The notes under the pieces: generated by a model
Databases searched by the model: none
The model's input: only the letters and a program-made list of their open reading frames with translations
What the model was told of the DNA's origin: nothing
Made by a program: the position numbers and the translations under genes
NCBI GenBank assembly: GCA_002633005.1
Contig: NMRA01000306.1
Span: 1-64,000 of the forward strand
Source: Phoronis australis
Lineage: Eukaryota > Animalia > Phoronida
Direction of reading: 5' to 3'
Length of the DNA stretch: 64,000 nucleotides
Shown here: one piece after another, positions 11,801 through 25,251 of the stretch
How positions within the stretch are numbered: position 1 is the stretch's first letter
How the letters are laid out: the number at the start of each line of letters is the position of its first letter

Positions 11801-14800
11801 CGAAAACTTCTTAGTTGTTTAAGGTCCGTCAAAGTGTAATATATGTACAACTCCCGATTTCATTATAACACAGTGCTAAATAAGAGAGACGAACATAAAA
11901 TTAACAAGCCTAAATCAAAACGGAACATCCTGTCACCCCTATATTGATTCTTCCCAGCTTTTTTACATCCTTGCACAGTCGATCTCTTTCAAAGAAAGTA
12001 CGGGTTCCAAATCAAAACAAGTTGACACGGTTTTTCAACGAAGATTTTGCCATCATTATCTTAATTGAAATCTCAGATAGAGTTGAAATCAACGCTTCAA
12101 GATACTATAAAAGGTCAAAGAAAGTCACTATTTCCGGTCGCATGATGTCAGTGGTCACGTGGTAGCTCATTCATAAAATTAGGTTGCTCATTATCATACG
12201 ACACGTCCGTAATCGTAGTAAACATCGTGGATGGAGCGGTTAACGCAGGATTACTAATCCAGAATTCACCCTCCCTCCTGTGTCATAATACAAGTGAATT
12301 GGTCACCACCGAACATCCTATGACGTTGAAGGTAAGAGCTAAATTAAGATATGATTCTATATTAAATATTTGCCATTAGCTGGTTAGTTATTCATAGTGT
12401 ACAATTTTCGCGTACAGTGATTTCCCATTTTGAAAGTCGCAAATCGGTCAAGTACAGTTATCATCTGGGATACAACAGCTGCGGGAGGTGGAAAAGGCCA
12501 ATGAAGGTTGGTATGTTTTAAATGTTGTCGTCAGCTTAATTTTGATTAAAAGTGGGAATGAACGAAAGATAAGTGTAAAATATATATCCGAGTGACGGCA
12601 TCGTTTGCTCCAGGGAATTGTCAATCGCCGAGTGGTCAGGCTAAGCAGTCTCGTCAGGCTAGCTCAATTAGTTTTAGTGGTCTCTTTAGCCCATTGTATC
12701 GAAGGGGCACTGCCATAAACGTATGCAGACAGTCCCGGATTGTAACTAACCCTCGGAGGGATCGAATGCACAATGCATAGGCCTTGAACAAACCCCGTTT
12801 TTTTTAGTAATAAGGTCCACAAACCCAAAAATTCGAGACCCCCTACAACCCTTGATTTTAGGCTGGGCGCGGGCATGAGGCAAAATTCTGGTTATTCCTG
12901 TGCCCTGCCCCCCTAACTCAAAATTCTGGATTCTCCCCTGCTTTTGTCCTGGTTTGTTAAATTTTGTTATAAATCGGACTGTTGTAACAAACTGGAGACC
13001 ACTGTAGTTGGCCTCGAGTTTTTACAAGGCCAAAAAATGATATGGTGCCAATCAAGGGGTACATTTCCTAAGTAGTCGGCTCTGGGTATACTCTTAAGCC
13101 AATTCAAAGGGTACTTTCTGCAATATTTTGAGTGGGTGATCGGATGAGTGTGTGACGACTTGGGATTTTTCGCAGGTCGCTGAACAAAATCTGAGATCGT
13201 GTTGGCCACCTGCTGAAAGCTAAATCGAGACCTGTGTAATGTCCAGTTCAATTTTCTCGTCAAAATTGCGGAACTTGTGATCTATTTCGGAATTCATTTT
13301 TCTTTGGAATTTGCCTCCCTTTGCTATTTCACCATGACAACATTGGTGTTGGTATACTCATACGAGAAGGCGTAGAAAGAAAAAAATAACTAAGTTTTGA
13401 CATCTGAATTAATCCAGCCATCTTTATATGATGTTGTTATCGTTAATGGTTGTTGTGCCTATAACAGCGAATACAAAAAAACAAGCTCAGTGGTCCCAAC
13501 GTGTGACCTGGTATCACAACGATCCTCTGCTATAAAACGAGCCGGTTTAATAAATATTGCCCCTCATGGAGCCCCGATGTTGTACGAACCCCAAGTTGTA
13601 GCTCAGTAATGGATAATCACCTGCACTGTATACAGATTTTCAACCACCAATTTCCCTACGAAAGCGGGTCTATATGACAAAATTCCGTACGGAAGGGTTC
13701 ACTTTGAGAATTCGAAACTTTGCAAAAGGGTTCTTTCGCCCGCTACACAAATCCGCACAAAACTTGTTTAACATTGTTTATATTTTGAAAACTTTGTTGA
13801 ACAAAATGTACTCATTCTGGTTAAAAATAGCTATCCAAGAATCTCTATTACGTAAGGGTTAGGTCAATGGAATTAACCTTTGCAAAGGGTGGAGCATGTT
13901 TCTTTACAAAAGAACGATTTGTCATGTAAGCTGCCAACAAATGGTCTGTTGTAATCGAGTCTGTAAATCATTCGGTATCCAGCAGTTCCGTGATTAAAGT
14001 TATAATCGAGTACTCCCCCCCCCCCGGTAGCTATCGACTATATTTTATATTTGGGAGTCGATGATTGTATTCCAGCTTATTGTATGTTTAATAGTGACAA
14101 CACAATTGCAAGAAGTAACAGGAAAGCGGTAATTTCGTCTATAAAGATTTTCATATGGAATTGGAAATTTACGAGCGTCAGTCAGATACCGAGATCAAAG
14201 ATGGCATTTATTTGGTCAAATATGGCGCTGTGGAATCTCAACTAAAGCGGTTAATTTTCCGCAGTTTTGTTTGAAAAACGCACCCTCGAGCTCAGCTTTG
14301 CGCTTTTTATTTTTAGGCCCAACTCATTTCAGCTAACTTTCCCATTGTTCAGAATTCATGGGTTTTTTTGCTTCAAAAGTGGCAGCGCTTTCCGTTGCAT
14401 TTTTTGCTTATCAATTTTTGTTTAAACCAATGGGAAGCTACTGTCATGTGAATTATTGATTGTCATCCATATGCAAATCAGACAATTATTGATTGTCCCT
14501 CGCATGTAAATAATTCAACACTGTCACCATTTTGTCGATACGATATATTTCCAACATTCTGCGGGTCCGCACCATAGATTATGAATGTGGGTGACACTTC
14601 AGTAGTCTCTGTTTTGGAACCTATCATAAAAATTTTTTAAGTTGCTATTCTATGCAAGTGCAAATATGTTTCAAAATCAAATTCGTCAGTGTGATTATTT
14701 TATGTTGTTGTTTTCGCTCAGAAATTCAGTGCTTAATATGTGGCTTTCAGTGACAATTCGCATCTAAATCCTTCCGTCTTCAAGCGAGGAAGCCATGTGG

Positions 14801-15039
14801 ACGGATTACAAGCCCGTTTCCGCGCGAATATCCCCTGACATCGTTATCGCACTCACTTCCTGACTTCCAGCCTTGAAATGCATGTTAATTGGCACCCTAA
14901 AGCCCTTAATGAGCAATTGATAATTAATACGCTTTATTAATGCCAATCAGCGCTTATCAAACTGGGCAAAATAGCAGCACTAGCCCACGCAATACACACC
15001 AGCACACTTTGCTTATGATAAAGTATTCGTGGGTGTCTG

Positions 15040-15247
15040 TTATTGGCATGTCCAGCGGCCGGGGCTCGGAATTGAAAAATGTATGTATGTCGTGGTTTAT
15101 TTTTTATTTTAGGTCTTGGAATCTGACGAAGAGGTTTTTTATTTAATAATGCTCTACAAGACGAATGATTTTATCAATTCGTGAAGTTCTGACTGTCGAG
15201 TATTAATTTTCCAAACCCCGGGCCCCGGCCGCAGGACATGCCGATAA
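15040..15247. mobile_element. MITE, about 208 bp, with ~30-bp TIRs
   Basis: TTATTGGCATGTCCAGCGGCCGGGGCTCGG ... CCGGGCCCCGGCCGCAGGACATGCCGATAA are near-perfect reverse complements. Confidence 0.75.
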
Positions 15248-18200
15248 AAATGATTCCGTGGCCTCTCTTCTAAATTTCTGTTGAGATCCCTTTAACCCTG
15301 GTCTCAGACCAGCAAACACCTAACACTCGGTACACATTATATACTCGAGCTTCAAAACTCACGCGTCGTGACAACTGAACTCCATACCAGGCGGAACCAC
15401 ATCGTCTTACGGATCTGGAATTTGGTTCCATGGTATGGTGTACGGAGTATTTTCGACGCGTGTGGAGTTTGGGGAAGCCGTGTGGGCTTTGTACCTCGGC
15501 CGGGTCTGGTGTTTGGTGTTTATGGGTTTAGGGGATAGAGACTAGAATTTGAAGGCTCGGCCAAGGAATCGTTTCCAACTCCTGTTAATAGTTGGTCGGC
15601 GGTGTATTTTTTTACTCATTCAAGGTTTACAAAAATTTCCGGAACTCGTTGACCGTCTGTTGATTACGAACAAGAACTGCATGTGTTTAAATACAAGCAT
15701 GCTCTCCCCGGAATTTCACATAATGGCGATTTTCATGTTATAGCTTGTTTTCGAGAATATAGGAAGTATAAACATATGGTAGGCCATTAAATGCTGCTGT
15801 AGTCATTCAAGAACTGACGTACTGTTTCTTTACCGCAACCCGGCCACTATAAACCACCAACCATCCACAAGATGAGTAAAATAATTTGTGACCTGCGCGT
15901 TTGGGTGGAATTTTAAGATCGGTTCCTCCTACATGACTGCAGTTTGATTTACTTCCGCCAACATCCGGTATTTAAACATCGTGTTACTGATCGCACGTAG
16001 ACCCAATGGCCACTATCAGAGAACTAACGAACGGACACGAGGGAATCTTTATCTCCCCATCCGGCTTCGATTGGCAGTGAACCACTGATGCTGATAAAAT
16101 ATACGCCAGGGAAATTCCGCGTCATTCTTTAACGAAATATCAACATTTCGGTTGTTCATGCTTCCAACGGAGGACTATTGTTGAGTTTTGACCGCAGGAA
16201 ATTTACGAATTATTCAACGACAGCTTTTAACGAGCTATGTGTATATCAGTAAAATCTGTTGACATGATAGCACCATGCAGGGCCACGTGTGGCGCTCAAA
16301 ATCTTTTTAGTAATCTCGTGAAGATAACAGTACACAATTACTGCAATTTGTGTATTTATATCGCATACCAATTTGAATAAGTGAGATCGTTTAAGAAGTA
16401 TTGCACCGAGTTTATTAATAACCCTTATTCCTTCGTCGATTGTTTTACCCTTGATACCACTTCCGTAAACAATGTCTGCTTTTGGACAAGGAAAGGAGAT
16501 GGTAGAAAATCCCAAATATCTGTCGCGCACGGAAGTTCTGAAGGTCAACGACCGGAAATGGGTTTACTGAGTGGAATTATTGGTATTCATGGGCGAATAA
16601 CGCTGAGCTTATCAGATAATTTTGTTTACCTCCATAAATATGCGAATTTTTTTAATGGTTTCGTTCGTGGAGGACAATGGCAAGATAGTTGATGAAGTGC
16701 TTATCGACTTCATTGCCGGGTTCCACGCATTGGAAGAATTTTCGGAGACACTAGTTTTATTGTAGGTAACATGGTCAAATTTCATTTTTTTTCTTATTCC
16801 TCCGTACGTTTTTCGTCTTCACTGTGTACGCATACTTAGCGTATTTGTAGCTGGAATTTGTTGAACGTTCACCGTTTGAAGTTGTTGGATGAAAAAACAA
16901 ACATTGACACTGCCTGTCATGTATAAAAACTGTCAGAAATTATTACTTGTTTTGCGGAAGAGTCTTGTTTTCTTAGTTACGGACCAGAGGCAATGTGGCA
17001 GAACGCCCACGCCGCCATCCAATTGTGGTCAACACAAAATGTTATTTTCAGTTTGAATTGGGTCATGACTATGACCCCGTGAACTGTCGATTTGACATCG
17101 TTATAAGCTAGATGTAAACACATGTCACAGTTTCTTATTGGATGTCAGTCTTCTTGGATGTCCGTGTCTAAGGTAGGTGGGAACCGTGGCCGGAGGTCTT
17201 TCTGGTATCCTATTGTAGTTGATTTTTTCGGTTTTTGTTCAAAATCTATGACGAACACACTTGGGTTTTCATGTTATTGAAAGGACACTCTTTAGTTCTC
17301 ACATCCAAATCGGCTACTCATTAAGACAAATATGTCTCGAATGATTTTCCCTGCAAGATAGAACGTCACCGTGATTTCCGTGCCTAAACTGATCATTTAG
17401 GCACGGCAAGAAAATTAAGTGTCAATATTTTTTCAGTTGGGTGTCTGTCAACCTTTCCAAAACTGGTTAACTTTATTGCTCTAGCAGGTGATGGCTGTTT
17501 TGGGGTTAGACACCACATTGGTATGACAGCAAAGAACCATTGTATAATTTTTTTTGAATTGTTCAATATCACGATGTCACGATTTTAATTTTGAGTAAGG
17601 AAATTTCCCCCTTTACACGGCACTTGAAACTTTCGTTTTTACACGTTGGCCGAAAACGTTAAGAAAATTAGAGTGTCGTTCAACATTTTAGGATTTAAAT
17701 GAAAGTTCGATCTAGACGAGGAAATAACATTTCTTCGCCCACGCTGTTTCCATGACAAAAGCTTTTCACAGTGAGGTCTTCGAGAATGCTGTGATTTAGT
17801 TTTGTCTTGAAATAACGTATACAGTAATTAACGTCTGAGAAGAATAAATAAACAGTGGGTCACGTCTCAAAATCGTTAATTTCGTTCATTTTTAAACATG
17901 TAGTTTTGCTTGAGTAAACGATGATCGCGATTATACATGTCAGTAGAATCTCGCGGCCGTGTTCCAGTCGTCGCGTTATCAGTATCGAAGCCTTGCTCGG
18001 GGTAGTACTCGCACGCCGCAAAGCGGGGAACGAAATTGCTGTGACAATGTCGTGCTTGGCAACCGTTTTACTTCATGAAACAGTCCATCAAGCAAGTGTC
18101 ATCTGTGGATACTGTGATTGATTCAGTGCAAGAAGTCAAGTTGCGGTCATCAGAAAACTAATAATCGCGCGCATAATGGCAAAGCTAACACGACCAAGCG

Positions 18201-21200
18201 AATTTTGGCGGTAAGTAGGTTTCACCTGAACTGCATTGTAATGCAAAAGATAAAAACTTTCGAAGGAACTAGACTTCAAAACGTCACAAAGACTGGTTTT
18301 CAACCTCGGGTATCTCCAATTTCCGGAAATAACTATTTCCCAGATTTTTGATACATGAAGGTTAGGCCTACTCACATACCGCTGACGTAAGCATTATCAC
18401 GCGAGTGTGTCGCGAGCAGCCCACGTTCGGAACCTAATTCGCGTACACTAGCGGCTAGGGCCTACTGAATTCAGTGCTTGGTCGGTGTGGCTGGAGTGTT
18501 GAATTATGAAACAGAACTCTTTGTTTCCATTGCAAAAGCGAAAATTTCCCGCCGCAAATTTCTCGCGAGTAGTACCGTAACTATCGAAGCCACTGTTCGA
18601 ATAATTGTGTCTGTCGGTTCGGATTTGTCCTCGTTTATCGTCTTTCGAAAATGTTGAGGTCACTGTATATCATTGTAGACAGTAGTCTTTGATGTTAATG
18701 TGAGCAAAAGTAACAGAACAAACGGAAAATGTTCATCTTCGAAGTTTCGATTTAATCACAAATCCTTCAGACGGGCACAAACGCATACGTGTGTGTATGT
18801 ATTAGGTTTTTATTAGGATTCCATACACGAAAACGACGCTATAAACAATGTTCTGGGATCTGTTTTATGAAAAGTACCATAAGAGTTAGTTAGAAATGTG
18901 GTCTTACGCTCCACACAACTAGTTCAGAAATATAATCAAATCTCTCTTGAGCAAAAATGCAGTCTCATACAATATACACGTAGCTGGGGGTTACTGAGAT
19001 AAGTAGTATATTTTTTCTAGAGTGATACGCTCATGATTACTTGAATAAAGCGTTTTTCAGGAACTGTGAAATGGGAACACAAGACCATATCTCTGTCTGA
19101 CGTCACTTTCATGAAACACACCCATGGTGTCAACACACCAAACGCCATCGTGATGAATTAAATTTGGTGCAATAAAACGTTTAGAGCAGGTCCATTCCGT
19201 ATTACACGAGTGTAGCGACACTGGCTCAGTCTCGCTATGTTTACCCAGAATGCCGCAATATCCGTCAAGAACTTTTGTACCCTCATTTTCGCGCCATTGG
19301 TGTTCCACTTGTTACTTGTTGCTGTCGTCGTATATTCTTTACACGTTTTCATGGCTACATTTCTCCACTCATCCTTCCATTGCGAAAGAAGCTATTAGTG
19401 TTGCGCTGTGCGCTGCATCTCCTGCGGGAGAAAGTTGGCAAATGTGTAGTGTTACAAGTTCTTCGCCTTACCGACAACAATCAAAGACAAGAAAATACGC
19501 AGCGAGTATGTAAAGCAAGTTCGTCGAGTTAATTTTGTACCGAACAGAATAGCCTTAGATACCTTTTCAATTCCAGTACATTTAAACAGTTGAAATCCAG
19601 TCGGGAATATTTCCACGACCATAAATCAAGACGCTCTCCGACAGGTGCCTGTCATTTCAAAACGAAGACAGTGAAAACGACGCTCTTTCGTATCTCTATC
19701 GTTATGTAATCCAGGAGTGAAAAGGCTGTTCTTAACTCTACAAATAATTTCGATACCAGGGAACTGAACGAGACCGATTTTGTATCGCTAAGTCCCCTAA
19801 ATCAAAAGTTAATTTTTACAGAGCGCGTCGTGCTGTCATCACAGTTCCTTTGGACCAGTTACATGCCTACGTCAAACAACATGACAAAGAAATTGTCTAA
19901 ACGCAGCCATAATTCACTCGTAGATAAAATATACTACTGCCTGTGGACTTCCGGATACCGATCTCAGTGGGGGCTCTATACCAATGTTATACAACCAGTA
20001 ATTGTCTCCCCTTTAAGGACTGTTTCCCTGGTTCATAGAATCGTTGTTACTCGAGTCGTGCAATTTACCACCAGCATAGCAATCAGTGCTCTTGGGAGAT
20101 ATTGTAGACTAATATAAACTTAAGACAGCAAAACTGAATGAATGTTTCCAACACCAGGTGTAAAACATTTAGCAGCTCATCTTTGCTACAAATAACTATT
20201 GAAAAGAAATATTTCCGACTTCACAGGCGAACGCAACCACTGAATGATAAGTCTATCAAATCTTATTTTTATGGTACAATGTGGCCGTCTCCAGAAGAAG
20301 ACTTATGGCTGAAGCGCATCTTCAATCCTAAAACAGCCTTGTTTCAACAGAGAATGTCTCACTTGTTTCGTAGGTTTCGCTGCCATGTTGACATGGTCTG
20401 TAAGTGGGCGTGTATTTATCCAGGCGGCATGTGATTCTCTTGGAAAATATCAATAATACTGATCAAAGGAAATTGTATTTGGTTTCAAGCGGAATTGAAA
20501 TTCGATAAAACCATAGAGTGATTAAATTACCAGCATGCATCGATAAATAATTTAAGACTGGGTCTTATTACTGAAGGTAAGTTGACTCCATTGAACATTT
20601 ACAGGAACACAGCAAATAAATGCTGCAGTGATTTGCCATTGTGCCATCTACTATCCTCACGCCATAAATATTTTACAATCCCTTTTATGAGATGTGCGTG
20701 TGTGAAATTTTCACCGCATAGAAACGATAAAAACCGACACGAATGCTCAGAAATGAAACTGTTTTTGAAGAACGCGGTGAATGTTTGTGGTCGACTTTTC
20801 AGGCTCTTCAGACGGAAAGGAATTGATTATGCGTGCTGAGATTAATACGACTCTACATGCTGGTGTTGATATCATTATACACGCTCACTCTTGTCTGATT
20901 AAGCGACTTCCGTCGTAAACGTGGTGCTTTTGCCTTAATCCTATCTTGGCAGCAAATTAGATTCAAGAGTGGAGGGCAGGGCCGTTGGTTGTTGGCGGCA
21001 TACTCCTTATTTTTAAAATATGAAAATAGCTCTTAGTGAACGAGATGGCAACAGTACTTCGCTCGAAGTTCCAATCCTGTATATACACGGTTTGAACGAA
21101 TAAGTTTAAGTGTAAATACTAGTCTGCGGAGCTATTTTGTGAAAGCGGTTTATTCGTGAGTGTCTAGAAGTTTGTACGCTAACTTTTCCTTGCCCTCTGC

Positions 21201-24200
21201 CGCCAAAGACTTTTAGAAATGGTCGCAACATGTTCCTACTAAGATTAGAAATGATATCGTGGCTTGAAAAATTGGCATTTCTGACAGGTCATATTATTTG
21301 AGGGGGTATAACACCGCGGGAGTTTGTTGCTAATGATTCTGGCCAAAGCTACTAGACTAACTTTTAGACGAGTCTCTCTTAACCAAGAATAACACACAAA
21401 ATGTATTTTGACCCTAAAACCGCCTGCGCCCGTTTAATTTTGAAACTAATCTGTTTTGTGTATAATGCATCAAAAGGCTTTACACATAACGTACAACCAG
21501 TCTTCGTTTTTAACGTCAACGATCTAATGTACGCAACCAAAAGTGTGTTTACTTAAAAACGAATTTTACGTCAAATTTTGTATTACACGTGTCGCTTATA
21601 CCGGTATATTCACGTCCCACATAGCTGAATCTAGCTATATAACGGTGCCGCTATAAATTATTGATTTTTAACATCTAGAGCCAAGAATTTTGAACCCGTT
21701 TATGTTTACAAGCAGTTGACATGTTACGGAGGAGTAAGCGGTTCGCTTCTTCTACAATTAACTAAGTTGCTAGACCCCAGTTTGGCAAATAAAACGGCTA
21801 AAATTCAAATTAAACCGAAATTTTCGTACTTCATACATCGAAACAAAACACGATCTTTGATCGGGGTACAAATAATTCGCGGTCACGTGCCCTTGCATTA
21901 TCTAACAATAATCGGGGAAAAAGTTATCGAGGTTCCCGGTTTCGTGATTATTGTTAGACAATGCAGACATGTGACCTAGGGGAATTTTTTGCTTGGATAA
22001 AAGATCATGAACGTCTTCGCTTTATATCATGCAACTTAAATTAACGCCTCAAGGTAGAATTTTCTATCTGTAACTATTTTCATAAAGAATGCCCGCAAAA
22101 CACCTAAAACCCTTATTCCTTTGTTGAAACTGTATGTCACAGGTAAAGTGTGTCGCAGGTAAAGCGTGTCACAATTGCTATTAGTAGAATTTCTCGTGGG
22201 GGTTTGTGTGCCGGACGTGATAAATAACTAGCCTTCCTCATGAATCTACCCTACGCGTTGGAATAGAGTACTCAAGTATGTTCACTAAATTCTCGCTGGG
22301 AAATATATAAGGTAGGTGGCATACGTGATTTCCGTTTTGACTCGTTCCGGCTTTTCTTTTAAATGACTCAACACAAGGGTTATAGCTCAGAGTTGGAAAA
22401 AGAAACTAAACTTTCATGTGCTTCCCACTCATTTACGCTAATTATGTGCTTGAACTTATTCAATTCGATGTGTCGATTTATAAAATGGTACAATTTCCTG
22501 CCATGTCTAAAGTCACAATATTACCGGTAAATTCTGAATGAAATTCCTCATTGTGAATTCACAGTATCCCTCGACTGTACGAAAAGGCTTATCTGTGATC
22601 GGTCTTAGTTTCTTTTTAAAAAATTATCCTGAACTTTTATTTTTAGTCGATGTTTGACGCATACACGTTTTGTCACTTTTTGGAATAAAAGTTTGCCACC
22701 CAAAAGTCGCCGGAAGGAAATTACTCAAATTGAGCTAATCTTCGAGCAGGATTTCCCTGACGCGGAAATGTGTCTCAGGGTGGAACAACGGATTTAGGGC
22801 CTGGCCGATTGGCTGCTGTTGTAGGAGGCTATAGAGAGTCGGAGCGCAGTATTCGATCTGCAGTGGTTATGAACACAAAGCCAGCCTATCTCAGCGATTG
22901 TATGTAGTGATCGGGACCACCGTGTTTACTTTAGGTGGTTTGACATCTGGTCGCGTCAGGAGACGTTTGGTGTCCTGTCCCCAGGTTCTTGCCGCTGGAA
23001 TTAGGCATCCGTCCAGAGGATGTAGATATTCTAAATTGTTTTCCCACCTTGCTACTAACATCCGGTTTTGAAATACAACCCAATTCTTTGATGACATCAC
23101 GTGGGACTTTTATGGAAATGACGTCACGTGTGTCCAGTTTGTCGACTGATAAATTTTGACGGGCTTGGCCGTTTTATCATAACGGAGTATGTTCGAAGCG
23201 TCTTCAGTAGGTATACCTCACTTATCGGCTGTTGTTCAGCGACTTTACTTTTTGTACGCCACTCTGCGCAAAAGAATTCGTTTTCGGACTTGTAATGGAA
23301 AATGTAACCTGTTTATTGTGATGACAGGAGACTTAGATACTTGTTTTGAAAGCAATTCAAGTCTAACAACTACCATTGGTGCTATTTACTCACAATTAGC
23401 ATCACCTTTTCGTTATCATGTCAAGTAACAAGCAACGACCCCCCAGCGATAATCGCCGACATCCTGAATACAGTAGTTTCATAATGAAGAGAAGCTTACT
23501 TATATACTAGGGCTGAGTAATTTATCGCTATCACCTGGCTGGAGTCGTTGGGGATATTTCGATGTGTTCTGTGCTATGCACGCGTTGTTTAAAGTTGGTG
23601 AGTTTGTGCTCGTCTTGTTCGTCAAATATGTTCAACCTGTGAGTGGAGATTAATGAATACTTTCGACATGTCAATCAAGCTAACTGCCCAAACCCATTTG
23701 GACGCAAGAACGTGTAAGCGAAACGACACAAAAATTGGTTGCGAAGGAAAAGTTTAAGTTGGAGTCTAATCTTTTTACTTAAAACCAAACTCAAAATGGT
23801 TTTTAACATTTTCTATTCTACTTTTGTGCAAACTCCAGATAAGTGCCTCTTAGCCTAAGTAAGTTCGAGTATGAATACATGATGGCTTATGTGAATAATT
23901 GATCCTACCTAGTGTCTACATGATGGTCTCGGCGTTAAGGCTAAAATTTCTTGTCTGAACGTGATATGTCGAATTTGTAACTCGAAATCTCTAGTTTTTA
24001 CTCGAATTTGTAACTCAAATCTAGGTGCTACCATCATCAATTGCGAAGTCGTACTAGAAACTCATATGCATAAATCCTAGTGTGCTCATGTACAGAATAA
24101 TGGACACATATCTTGAGACTGTACAAAAGTAGATTAGAAATTACCATTTCGAGTACAAAGATTAGACCCTAGGTCCTGATGTGAATTAACGATTTTAATA

Positions 24201-25251
24201 TATTTCACATGTTTAAAAACGTGTGAAATATACGTGGGTGACGGCGCTCGTGACTTCCAGAAACGTGGCCTCGACGAAAGCCCAAGAAGCGTTCTTATTC
24301 ATAAAACGGAGCCACGGTTGAACCTTTAAAAAAACTTCAAATGCCGCAGACAAAGTGAGTGGAGGTAATTTCCCCACCGTAATTTTTCAGTGCTATGAAA
24401 TATCATATCCAATACGTGTGCCAGTTTTCTGTTCCAAGATTGCATTTGAATTGAATTACGAAACTAAGATAATAGTCAATATTTCGTTGACTATTTCAAT
24501 TTAAATTGGTACATCCAATTAATAGTATTTATGAATCGTATCCAACCATTTTCAATTTTCGTTTTGAAATCAGAATTTCAAAATATGGAATATTGAATCA
24601 CAATTGAGAGTTCTATTTTTAATATGAAATTGAAAAATAACATTTTGACAACCAATATTACTAAAGAATAATTTGATTGGTTGAAAGGGTGTACAAAAAT
24701 TATATCATTTGCTCATTGTGTTAAATTCTTCTACCATACTCCTGGGCCGGCGTTTGCTGGGGCGCACCTTGTCGAGTTGGGAGTTGTACCTTCGTGCATT
24801 TACGATGCACAACCCCCTTATAGTTGTCAGACGCATTTTGATTAGCTATTTGGGTAAAAAATCACAGCACCGATGGGATCTAAACACCTCTAAAGTAGAT
24901 TATTGACTCGACGTTTCATGACTTCTGATTTCAATTTAGATTGGAAAATGAAACATTGGTCGTTATTTTAACACAATAATTGCATTTTAATTGATTCGTG
25001 AAACACCGAATATTAGAATTTCCTGTTGTAATTTTAGATTAGTCATTGAGTTTTCAATTTCAATTCATTATTGCGAATTTCATAATTATATTTTTTCTAC
25101 TTGATGTATTGCTTTTACTGGAAGAATTGTTATTTTGATACGAATTTCTCTAGTTACGCTGGTGCGTTTGTTTCGTCTGCTCATCTTATCGTGGCTATTT
25201 TCGTTTTTTCAGCGTGATTATTTAGGGAACCTGCTTCCCGAAAGACCCATT

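Noticed and set aside
25135-25251. N-terminal extension of DUSP suggested by the ORF track
   Set aside because: It begins at TTG and crosses a clear pyrimidine tract and AG acceptor at 25212; the first ATG is at 25252.
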